Origin: an uncultured Gemmatimonadales bacterium
Lineage (GTDB): Bacteria; Gemmatimonadota; Gemmatimonadetes; Longimicrobiales; Gaopeijiaceae
Assembly (NCBI GenBank): GCA_963823035.1
Contig: CAWGKG010000020.1
Span: 1 to 64,000 of the forward strand
Length of the DNA: 64,000 bases
Direction: 5' to 3'
A program made the translations under genes and the position numbers. This document shows, piece after piece, positions 12,778 through 23,370 of this stretch (positions are counted from its first letter, which is position 1; the number at the start of each line of letters is the position of its first letter). The notes below the pieces were generated by a model. That model was not told the DNA's origin, did not search any database, and saw nothing but the letters and a program-made list of their open reading frames with translations.

Positions 12778-14039
12778 CCGAAGACCGCCCCCGGTTGCTC
12801 TTTCTCTGCCAGAATCTGCCCTTTCCGCCCGACGGCGGAGCCCTCATTCGGAGTTTCCACACGCTACGTCTGTTGTCGCGTCAATTCGAGGTGACGGCTC
12901 TCTGTTTTCCTCGTGCCGCGACGCGTACGAGTCCCGGGGCCGTCGAGTCGGCCGTCGCGGCAGCTCTCCGACTATGCTGCGGTCGAGGCCTTCCCCATTC
13001 CGCAGGAAGGAAACCGGTTTACGGTTCGCCTGGGATCACGCGCGTAGCGTCTCGACGAGCCGCGCCTACACTCGATGGACCTACGATCGCGGCCGTTCCG
13101 CGGCGACTGCAGGAGCTAGCTGGGACGGCCGGCGGTTCGACCTGGCTCACGTCGATAGCCTGGACCTCGTCGCCTACCTTGCCGGCGTGTCCGACCTTCC
13201 CGGTAGTTGTGGCTCACCACAACGTAGAATCACAACTCCTTCGGCGACGCGCGCAAACCCTGGGGGAATCCGCGCCTCGTACATCGCGCAGACAGGCGGA
13301 CCTGACGAGAGACGAGGAGCGAGTATGGTGCCCCCGCGTGACGCTGAATGTGGTGGTGTCGGACGAAGACGGGGCAGTATTGAGGGAGATCGCACCCGCG
13401 GGGCGATACCTCGTGGTTCCCAATGGCGTTGACACCGCCGAGTTTGAACCGGGCCCGCCTGGAGCCCGCGGAGCGGAGTCGTGTTCGTGGGAGGGGCCAC
13501 GTGGTTTCCGAATCGCGACGGGATGGAGTACTTCGCGAAGGACATCCTCCCACTGATCCGAGAAGCCAAGCCGGACGTCGAGGTAACTTGGGTGGGCCGG
13601 ATACCGGAGACATTGCGCGAGAAGTTCACAGAGCTGGGGTCACCGTAACCGGATACGTCGATGACATCCGTCCGCACGTTGCGCCTGCGGCGTGCTTCGT
13701 GGTACCGCTGCGGGTCGGGGGCGGCACGCGACTGAAGATCCTGGATGCATGGGCGTTGGGGAAGGCCGTCATATCCACGTCCGTCGGCTGCGAGGGGCTC
13801 GCGACCGAGGCGGGCGTGAATATCGTCATCGCGGACGATCCAGAGGCCTTCTGCAAGGCGTTGTTGATGTCTCGACGGACGCCGAGCTTCGGATGCGACT
13901 GGAAACGGAGGGCCGCAGAACCGCTGTTCAGCACTATGATTGGGAGGTTCTGGGTGGGCCAATGCTCCGGGCGTACGAAGGGCTGCTCAACGCCGGGGCC
14001 GCTTCCCCAGTGCGATCCGAATCTGAAGATCTGGACTGA
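12774..14039 (+). CDS. GT4 glycosyltransferase (XrtA-locus type; frameshifted)
   Basis: LLFLCQNLPFPPDGG, HHNVES, VPNGVD and VPLRVGGGTRLKILDAWA. Confidence 0.82.
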
Positions 14040-14110
14040 TGACTTGATGGTCGTGGAGACCGTGCCAGCCGCTGTGAGTTGCCCAGTGGCTGGCACGGTG
14101 CATCAAACCT

Positions 14111-17100
14111 CTACTTCCATCCCGGATCTCATCGTAGAACGCGACGTCGTCCACGAAGAGCTCCGTCATTTCGGTGAAGCCGGAGTTGGACCAGCCCAAG
14201 ATGTAGCCGTGTTGCAGGAGGCTCTGTCGGAGTCGCCCGAGCGTTCCAGAAGTCCCCGTCGATCTTCTACAGGACCAACTCTCCGTTGACCCACATCCTG
14301 CAGACGCCATCGAATCTCGGAGGCCCGGTGGCTGCCTTGAACTCCATGCGGACGCGGTGCCACTCCCCTCGCGTGAGCGGGACCTGCGCATCGCCGATGA
14401 AGGGGTCGTGCGCTGCCCGATCTGGGCGTTGAATCCGTTGCTGGTCATGACGTGGACGTGTAGGTCGTCGTAAGCGGGCGCAGCCTGCTATCGCCCGCCT
14501 TCACGTTGCTCGGCCTATACTCGAATGCGAACTCCCAGTCGCCACTTCTCGCCGTAGTCGTCCCGCCAGATCATGACGAACTTGTTGTTTTCCGCCGTGA
14601 GTTGCCGCCACCGGTGACAGAAGTTCGCCGGCACGTAGAGCATGTACTCGATCCACACTGCCGGGAGGTACTCACCGAAGGAGAACCGCTGTTCCGACCA
14701 TCGACATCTCTTCGGGCGCGTCGGGGCCGTAGCGTGAACTTCAGGCTGTAGCCGTCCAGATACCCGCGGTCGCCGGACGACCTTGGCGTCGGCGCCGCCA
14801 CCCCACCCGTACCCGTTCTGGGGGAAGCGACTTGACCCCACTCGGCGAAGCCGTCGCGGAAGGCCGGCTCGACCGTGTCCGGCGCAGACCACCGGTTACC
14901 GTGAGCGACGCGCTACCGAACAGCGCTGCCGGAGGTCGCCCGGACACTCGCTGTCCCGCCCGCTACCGCCGTAGCCAGGCCCGAGGCGTTCACGCTCGCC
15001 ACGGACATGTTGCTCGAGCTCCACGCCACGGACGCCCCAGCGATCGCGAAGCCGTTGGCATCCTTGACCGACGCGGTGAACTGACGTGGTCGCGCCGGGG
15101 GTGAGCCCCGTGACGGAGCCCGGCTCGACGGTCACCGAGCTGGCGACCTGAGCGACCGTGACCGGCACCGTGTCCGCGCCGCAGCAGGCCGCGCTCACGG
15201 TCACCAGGGTGGTGCCGGCCGCCTTGGCCGTAACGAGGCCGGCGGCGCTGACCGTCACGATCGCGGTGTTGAGACTCTTCCAGGTGAAACCAGGGCTCGA
15301 CACGGTGGCTCCCGTCCCATCCTTGGCGACGGCCGTGATCGTAGCCGTCGCGTTGATTGCGTTGAGGGACACGCTGGCCGGCGAAGCCTCCACCGTCGGC
15401 GTACCGGAGGGCGGTGCGGGCGTCGTCGCGTCCGAGACCGTATTCGAAAGCGGACCGAAGACGGCGTCGACGGCCAGCGTGCCACGGTAGGATATCAGCC
15501 TGAACTGGTACGGCGTATCGGATGCCAGACCGGTGAAGGTGTATTGCCGGGCGGTCCCGATCGAGGTCCCGGAAACCGAGACCTCCGTGGCATACCCCGC
15601 TGACCACGCCAGGGTCGGCGAGCCGTAGCGCAGGGCGTACTGGGCGGCACGACCCAACCCGTCGTCCACCTGCGTCCAGCGCAGCGTCACGCTGGTGGCG
15701 CTCACGGAGACGACCTCGAGGTCGCTGACCCCCGCGGGCTTGGCCACGACGGGAATCGTCACGGAAACGGCTGCCGAGGCGGTCGCGGTTCCCGACCTCG
15801 CGGTGATGGTCGCCGAGCCCCCGGCCCCCGCCGTCACCACGCCTGCGGAGCTGACGCTGGCGACGGACGCCGAGCTGCTCGACCAGGTGACGGTCGGGCT
15901 CGTGATGGTGTATCCCTTCGGGTCGTGAACCGTCGCGAGAACGGACGCCGACGCACCGATCTCCAGGTTGAGGGTCGCCGGGCTGAGGCTGATCGACTGT
16001 GGAATCTGCGCCACCGACACCTGCACCGTGTCGGCTGTGACGCAGCAGGTGGGGGAGACCACGACGAGGGTGGTTCCGTTCGACTGCGCGGTCACCTTCC
16101 CGTCGGCTGCCACCGTCGCGACCGCCGGGTTCAGGCTCTGCCAGGTGAGCGCCGCCGACACGGGAGAACCCGCCTCGTCACGCGCCACGGCGGAGAGCTC
16201 GGCGACCATGCCGAGCGCGTTGAAGGACACCGTCGCGGGGCTCACACTCACGCTCGTGACCGCGGGTGCGGAGGTGCCGGTCACGGAGACGTCGACGGTG
16301 TCCGTCGCTTCGGCACAGCACATCGCGGACACCACGATCCGGGTGGCGCCGGCCGCGATGGCGATGACGCGGCCCGTCGCGTCGACCTGGGCGATGGAGC
16401 TGTCGAGGCTCTTCCACGCGAAGGCGCTGGTCACCAGGTCACCCGACGCGTCGAGCGCCACGGCCATGAGCTGCGCCGCGCCCCCGATCGCGTCCAGCAC
16501 GATCACCTCGGCGGACGCCGACACGCTCGCGACGGCTGCCGTCGGCGCGTCCACGACCACGCGGACGGTGTCCGACGCCGCGCAGCATTCGGCCGCGACG
16601 ATCACGCTGGTCTCGCCGGGAGCCATCGCCGTCACCAGCCCGACGTTGTCGACCATGGCGATCGCGGGGTCGAGGCTCTGCCACACGAATGCGCTTGCGA
16701 CCGGCGTACCGACGGCGCTGAAGGCCTGGGCGTGGAGCGTCACCGTGGCACCCGGCTCCGAGAGCTCGGCCACAGCGGGCGTGGCGGTCACGATGGCCAC
16801 GAGGGGTGGTAGGGCGTCGGTGGTGACGGAGACGGCTTGGGCCGCGGCGCCGAGCACGGCGTCGGATCCGAGCGTCCCTCGATACGACATGATGCTGAAC
16901 TCGTAGCCCGTGGCGGGTTCGAGGCCCGAGAACGTGTAGTCACGGGTGGCCGCTACCGCGGTTCCGGAGCTCAAGACCTGGCTCGAAGCCGCGTTCGCCC
17001 ACACGAGCGGTGCGGTCCCGTAGCGGAGGGCGTATTGGGCAGGCGACCCCTTGCCGTCGTCCACCTGGGTCCACCGAACGGTGACGGTGCTCTCCGTTAC

Positions 17101-17940
17101 GTCCACGACCTGCAGGTCCGCTACGGTCTCGGGGGCGGAAGGAACCGAGACGGCCAGGGAGGCCACGCCGGTCGCGCTCTCGTACTTGGCCGTGAGGGCG
17201 GCCGTGCCCTGGGACATGGCTCTCGCTCGCCCGCTGGCGTCCACCTCGACGACCGTGGAGGGGGTCGCCGACCAGGTGACCACGGCGCCTGTGATCTCGT
17301 TGCCCCAGTGGTCGTAGACCGAGGCGGAGAACTGCTGGACGTCATCGGTCAGGAGCGTCGCGGAGCTCGGCGTGATGCCGATGTGCTCGGCCGCGCCCGG
17401 GTCGGCGTGGGAGCTGAACGTGGCCTGACCGGCGAGGTTTCCGGTGCCGGGAGTGGTCGAAGCGCCGGAGCTCGCGCTCGCCAGTGTGACGGTCGCTTCC
17501 TGGTCGCCGGCCTCCGAACCGAGGCGCCAGAAGACCTCACTGCGTCCGTGGCTGTCCGTGACGGTCGTGAGCTCCGGCTGGGCCTCCGTGTCGCCGTCCG
17601 TGGTCGGGGCGCCGCCGCCGTCGGAGAAGGTCCAGAACAACTTGACGCCCGGAACCGCGGCGCCCTCGGCGCTCGTGACCTTGGCGATCAGTGCCCCGGG
17701 CAGAACCGCGTCCACGCGGCCGTACTGGTCCTGGCCGTCGAGGGCCTCGATGCGGCCGCTCTCGCGGACCGTCTTCGCGTCGACACCCACCACCCTCGAG
17801 CTGCCGTCACCGCAGGCGCTGAAGAACAGCGACGCGCCCAGCACGAGGAAGAGGAGCGGCAGTCTCTCGAGTGCGCCCGTGTGGCCCTGAGCGGCGCCTT
17901 GCCGCCCGCCTCGCCGCATGATCGGGGTCATCTCGGTCAT
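14111..17940 (-). CDS. Large surface lipoprotein: Ig-like (Big_2) and FN3 repeats with a C-terminal polysaccharide-lyase-like beta-jelly-roll domain
   Basis: Lipobox LFFSAC; repeats W.SL...A.V...G.V.A and VT(V/L)RWTQVDDG. The C-terminal WSEQRF, WIEYMLYVPANF, NNKF and GYILGWSNSGF..FVDD...DPGW is frameshifted between 14111 and 15100. Confidence 0.75.
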
Positions 17941-18076
17941 CTTCTATCTCCACGCACCCGATGAAACGCCGGGTCGCCCTGGTTCGCGTATCCGAGGAAG
18001 TCCCCCTCGCGGGAACTCCTCTCCTGGGTAGCGAAACGGGCCGCCAGAGAGGCTCCGGACCTCGTGGGTCCAGATT

Positions 18077-18170
18077 CGCTGGCGACCCGGCGAGCGTGGT
18101 GATCGAGACGATCACGGTAGCCCCGTGGCTCTGCGTCACCGCCTTTCGACGGTTTTGCTCTGAGTCAGCT
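18077..18170 (-). ncRNA. c-di-GMP-I (GEMM-I) riboswitch aptamer, A20 variant
   Basis: Minus strand reads GCUGACUCAGAGCAAAACCGUCGAAAGGCGGUGACGCAGAGCCACGGGGCUACCGUGAUCGUCUCGAUCACCACGCUCGCCGGGUCGCCAGC. P1 is GCUG/CAGC; P2 has a GAAA tetraloop; then a GACGCA.AGC junction; P3 ends GCCGGGUCGCC. It lies in the leader of the 17940 gene. Confidence 0.85.
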
Positions 18171-18218
18171 GTTGCTGAGAGATGATCGGCGGCACCGAGT
18201 CAACCCAGCGGACAGATA

Positions 18219-18234
18219 CGCACGGGCTGTGCCA
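18219..18234 (-). promoter_or_regulatory. sigma54 -24/-12 promoter upstream of the riboswitch and Ig/lyase gene 1
   Basis: TGGCACAGCCCGTGCG, GG-N10-GC spacing. Confidence 0.7.
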
Positions 18235-18547
18235 TCTTCTGCGAAGTGCGTAACTTGTGGATACACAACCACTTGAACGGATCGACACTGGTGTTTCGGG
18301 GGAAATTGTTGACGCGCCGGGGAAAGGAGTACCGCCGCGCAGGATGGGTCGGGTGACGCTCGGAAGGGAGGTTGAGCCGTTGCCGGAACGACGTTCCAAG
18401 AGACCGGGCCAAGAGCGGATTCGTCGTGCCGTGGGTTGCGAGTCCCGCATGCTGCGGCCGGAGGGGTGAACCGCGTACTCTGGCCAGTCAAAGCGATCAG
18501 GTACGACATTAGTCCAGGGGGCGTTGACGTTCGCCCTCATCCCGACC

Positions 18548-19988
18548 ATGGAGAACCGCTTGATATCACTCGAGAGCGTCTACCGTAGGGCTCCTGCTCG
18601 GATGCAGGAGCTCCTGCTCAATGCGCAGGCGGTGCGGGTCGGATTGCACCGATACGGTCGGGCCTATCGCCGGGCCACGGAGGAGCTGCTTGGGCATGAG
18701 CGCTGGTCGCGCGATCAGATGCGTGGATATCAGGACGCGCGCGCGCGCGATGTCGTCAGGGTCGCGTACGAGGGTACGGAGCACTATCGCCGCGTCATGG
18801 ACGAGCGAGGGATCACTCCGGAGGACGTCACGAGCGTCAGCTGACCTCCAGAACCTGCCCTTGTTGGAAAAGGCCACCATAAGGGCGTCGGAAGAGGCAC
18901 TGATGACGTCGCGGCGGCCGCAGAGAGGATGGCTGCACGGACACACGAGCGGGACGACGGGCTCTCCCCTCGGGATCTGGTATGACCGCTGGACCTGCAT
19001 CATGACCAACGCGGTCGACCGCAGGCAGAAGATCTGGGGTGGCATGCGCGAGGAGGACTGGGTCGGGCTCTTCCTCGGACGTATCGTCGTGCCCCCCTTA
19101 CACGACGACGGGCGATACTGGCGCGTGAATCACGTGCAGCGGCAGGTGTGGTTCTCCAGCTTCCACATGAGTGACGATCGCCTCCCGGCCTACGTCTCCG
19201 AGATCCGCCGGCGCGGACTGCGGTTCCTCGAGGGGTACCCTTCCACCCTGTACATCCTCGCGAGGTATCTCCTCGACCGCGGGGAGCGGCTCGGCATGCA
19301 GGCCGTGTTCACCTCTTCCGAGACGCTGCACGAGGTGCAGAAGGAGGCCATCCGCGGGGCGTTCGAGTGCGAGATCTTCGACTTCTACGGCCACGCCGAG
19401 CGAACGATCTATGCCGGCGATTGCGAAGTCCACGAGGGGCGCCACATCGCCGAGGAATACGGGTTCGTGGAAGTGGTCGACGCGACCGGGCAGCCCGTGG
19501 CCCCGGGGGAGACCGGATACCTGGTCGGCACGAGCCTGCACAACACGGCCATGCCGATGATCCGCTATCGGACCGGCGACCTATCCCGGATCGAGGAAGG
19601 CACTTGCGCATGCGGCAGGACGTCGCGCCGAATCGCGGCCGTCACGACCAAGGCGGAAGACATCGTGGTCACTCTGGACGGTCGCATGATCTCTCCTTCG
19701 ATCTTGACGCATCCATTCAAACCGCTGCACGGACTCGTCAAGTCCCAGATCGTCCAGGAGACCGACGACCTCGTGCGCGTGCGCCTGGTCAGCGGCTCAC
19801 ACTTCGACCAGGACGATCGCGCGACGCTGACCGCAGCCCTCGAAGAGCGTCTCGGCCCGGGCATGACCGTCGTCATCGACGAGGTGGACGATATTCCCAA
19901 TGAGGCATCCGGCAAGTTCCGCTGGGTGATCTCGAAGGTCGACCATACCCGCAGGTTCAAGTGGGACGGGGAAGGGCGTTCTTCCTGA
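18548..19988 (+). CDS. CapK / phenylacetate-CoA-ligase-like enzyme, copy 2 (frameshift ~18840)
   Basis: GHTSGTTGSP, LEGYPS, FDFYGHAE, IRYRTGD and GKFRWVISKV; clearly paralogous to copy 1. Confidence 0.88.
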
Positions 19989-20067
19989 CTCGAAGACGAT
20001 ATGCTTCCCGTCTCCGGGCCCGAGCACTCGACGCCGATGGTCCTCGAATACCCCAAGAGGTTCTGAA

Positions 20068-21318
20068 ATGAGACTACTGTGGGTGTCGCACCTCCTCCCC
20101 TTTCCTCCGCAGGGTGGAGCGAGGCAGCGGTCCTTCGGTCTGTTGCGCGGTCTGGCTCGCGAGGCGGAGGTGACCTTCGTGGGCTTCAATCAGGCCGACT
20201 TCTGCTCCCCCGAGGAGATCGACGATGCGTGCAAGGGACTGAGCGACTACTGCACCGTGGCATTCACGGAGTCCATTCCCTCGGACACCCGATTCCAGGG
20301 CAAGCGCAGACTCGCCTTGAAGTCGTTGTTCACGCGCCATCCCTACACGATCAATTGGTTGCAGAGCCGGGCGTTCGCGCACCGTCTTCGTTCCGTGGTG
20401 GCGGATGTTCAGCCGGATCTCGCGCACTTCGACACGATCAGTCTGGCGCCGTATCGACGGCTCGTCGGGGACATCCCGGCGACGCTGAACCACCATAACG
20501 TCGAATCCCACATGCTGTTCAGGCGCGCGGAGAAGACCTCCGGCACCGCCGCGCGCCTCTATTATCGACAGGAAGCACGGCGTCTGGACCGCTACCAGAC
20601 CGAAGTCGCCGGGGACTTCGCCATGCACCTGGTGTGCTCTCCGGAGGATGAAGCACGCTTGCGCCCGAGCGCCCCGGACGCCCGCATCGAGGTCATCCCG
20701 AACGGCGTGGACATCACCTACTTCCGGCCGCTCGATCCCGCTCCTCCGAAGACGCCGAAGACCCTCATCTTCGTGGGTGGGTTGAGTTGGTACCCGAATG
20801 TGAGCGCCGTGCAGTTCCTCGTTGAGCGTATCTGGCCTCGCATCCCCGACCCGGATGCCAGGTTGACCATTGTCGGAAGGTCTCCACCAGAATGGCTCAC
20901 CGCGGTCTGCAGGCGCGATCCTCGAGTCACGGTTACGGGCTGGGTCGACGACGTACGACCCGTGATGGCTCGATCCACGGCCTTCGTGTGTCCGATCTTC
21001 GATGGAGGTGGGACGAAGTTGAAGGTGCTGGATTCGCTGGCCATGGGGGTTCCGTTGGTGGCGAATCCGATCGCGTGCGAGGGTATCGACGTGGAGGACG
21101 AAAAGAACGTACTGCTGGCCTCCACCGAGGAGGAGTTCGTTCGACAAATCCGCAGGATATGGGACGATCCGGCCCTCGGCCCTCGGCTCGCGGCGCGCGG
21201 TGTGGAGTTGATCCATGCCAAGTACTCGTTCGATGCGATCGGCAAGCGGCTCAGCGCCTTCTACGCGGAACTGGTCGAGTCGGCACGGACCCACGGTGGC
21301 AGTCCCGCCAACGCCTGA
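20068..21318 (+). CDS. GT4 glycosyltransferase (intact, 416 aa)
   Basis: LPFPPQGG, HHNVES, IPNGVD and PIFDGGGTKLKVLDSLAMG. Confidence 0.9.
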   Translation: MRLLWVSHLLPFPPQGGARQRSFGLLRGLAREAEVTFVGFNQADFCSPEEIDDACKGLSDYCTVAFTESIPSDTRFQGKRRLALKSLFTRHPYTINWLQSRAFAHRLRSVVADVQPDLAHFDTISLAPYRRLVGDIPATLNHHNVESHMLFRRAEKTSGTAARLYYRQEARRLDRYQTEVAGDFAMHLVCSPEDEARLRPSAPDARIEVIPNGVDITYFRPLDPAPPKTPKTLIFVGGLSWYPNVSAVQFLVERIWPRIPDPDARLTIVGRSPPEWLTAVCRRDPRVTVTGWVDDVRPVMARSTAFVCPIFDGGGTKLKVLDSLAMGVPLVANPIACEGIDVEDEKNVLLASTEEEFVRQIRRIWDDPALGPRLAARGVELIHAKYSFDAIGKRLSAFYAELVESARTHGGSPANA

Positions 21319-21388
21319 CGGCACACTCGGAGGAAATGAAGATGGGCCGCATACCTCGCGTGACGCCCGGGCACAGGCGGGCGTCACG

Positions 21389-22003
21389 ATGAGCGCGCAC
21401 CGCTTGCGGAGGGCTGCGATCGCCTTCTACTCGTGGCTCATGAAGTTGCGGTTCATTCGACTCCGGGACCTCGAATGGGGCGAGCGAGTGGTGGTCAAGG
21501 GGTCGCCACTCATCGAGGTCGTGAAGGGTGCTCAGGTCACGATAGGTGACGACGTGACCCTGAATTCGAGGAACCGCGGCTACCACATCAACATGCACAG
21601 TCCCGTCAAGCTCGTAGCGGACCAACCCGGTGCCAGCATCCGAATCGGAGCGTCCACGCGTGTCCATGGATCGTGCATCCACGCGTACTCGGAGATCACC
21701 ATCGGTGCGAACTGCTTGATCGCGGCGAACTGCCAGATCATCGACGGAAGCGGTCACGAGCTGAGCTTCGAGGACCTGGAAGGGCGCATGCGGACGAGTG
21801 CGAGTGGCCTCCCGATCGTTATCGAGGACTTCGTGTGGCTCGGCGCGAACTGCATCGTGCTGCCCGGCGTTCGCATCGGGCGAGGCGCCGTCGTGGGTGC
21901 CGGGAGCGTGGTGACGAAGGATGTTCCGCCGATGGTGGTGGCGGCGGGAAACCCCGCGAGAGTGCTCCGGCGCTTCGACGATCCGACAGCCCCATCCGCA
22001 TAG
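21389..22003 (+). CDS. Hexapeptide-repeat O-acyltransferase
   Basis: IVIEDFVWLGANCIVLPGVRIGRGAVVGAGSVVTKDVP..GNPAR. Confidence 0.9.
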   Translation: MSAHRLRRAAIAFYSWLMKLRFIRLRDLEWGERVVVKGSPLIEVVKGAQVTIGDDVTLNSRNRGYHINMHSPVKLVADQPGASIRIGASTRVHGSCIHAYSEITIGANCLIAANCQIIDGSGHELSFEDLEGRMRTSASGLPIVIEDFVWLGANCIVLPGVRIGRGAVVGAGSVVTKDVPPMVVAAGNPARVLRRFDDPTAPSA

Positions 22004-22047
22004 CCATGGCGGCGAAGCGCGCTGGCATCGAGGGGGAACGGACCGGC

Positions 22048-23340
22048 ATGACCACGGCCGGGGCGCGTGCCGACGATGGGGAGGCCCGGGAGCGGGGCCC
22101 GCTCAGGGGAAGGCCTCGGCTCCTCTTCCTCTGCCAGACCATGCCCTACCCGCCGGACGGGGGCGCCCCCATCCGGACGTACAACGTCATGCGGCTGCTG
22201 GCCCGTGCCTTCGACATCACCGCCGTCTGCTTCCATCGAGGGGAGACGGGCGACGACGGTGCGGCGCTCGAGCGCAACTTGAGGGAATTGGGTAAGATCG
22301 CCGAGGTCGAGGCCTTCCCGTTCCTCAGACTCTGAGTCGGCTCCGCCTTCTGTGGGACCACGGTCGCAGCGTGATGGCCCGTCGGGTCTACACGCGCTAC
22401 CTGTACGAGTCGCGCCCGTTCAGGGCACATCTCGCCGGGCTGTTGCGGGAGCATGACTTCGATCTCGTCCACGTCGACAGTCTCGACCTTTCGGGCTACC
22501 TCCCGGCCCTGCGCGGTCTCCCGGTGGTCTGCACGCACCACAACGTCGAATCGTCCTTGTTGCGACGGCGAGCGCAAAGGGAAGGGTCCCCTTGGCTGCG
22601 GGCCTATCTCCACTTTCAGTCCGATCGCATGCAAGACGAGGAGTGCCGATGGGCGGGGAAGGTCGACCTGAACGTCGCCGTGTCCGACGACGATGCGCGT
22701 CGGCTTCGGGAGCTCGTGCCGGCCGCGCGCGTGGTTGTCGTGCCGAACGGCGTCGATACCACGGCCTTCCAGCCGAGTGACCGCGAGGATGAAGGTGGTC
22801 TCGTCTTTGCCGGCGGCTACAGCTGGTATCCGAACCGGGATGCCATGGAGTTCTTCGGGTCGGAGATCCTCCCCCTCCTACGCAGGAAGGTCCCGGGGAT
22901 CGAGTTCACCTGGGTGGGCCGATGCGACGCGGCCGTTCGCGGGGAGTTCGAGCGATCCTATGGGATGCGCCTGACGGGCTACGTCGACGACATCCGACCC
23001 TACGTTCGGAAGGCGGCCTGCTACGTGGTGCCGCTGCGCGTAGGTGGAGGCACCCGGCTGAAGATCCTGGACGCGTGGGCCATGGGTAAGGCCGTCGTGA
23101 GCACTTCCATCGGGTGTGAGGGACTGGAGGCCGTTGACGGAGAGAACATCCTGATCCGGGATACCCCGGGCGAGTTCGCAGCGGCCATTCGCCAGGTGCT
23201 TTCGGACGAGGCCCTCCGTCGGCGGATCGGTCGAGGAAGCGCGGCAGACCGCCCTGCGGCTCTACGACTGGGATGTGATCGGCGAAGCCCTCATCGAGGG
23301 GTACCTCACGATCGCCCGGGCATCGCGCTCACCGACGTAG
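22048..23340 (+). CDS. GT4 glycosyltransferase (paralog of 12774-14039; frameshifted)
   Basis: LLFLCQTMPYPPDGG, HVDSLDL, HHNVES and VPLRVGGGTRLKILDAWAMG. Confidence 0.85.
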
Positions 23341-23370
23341 CGCCTACGCCGGTGAGCGGTCACTCGATCC

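Noticed and set aside
18257..18265. DnaA-box-like TGTGGATAC
   Set aside because: A single mismatched box with no origin context.
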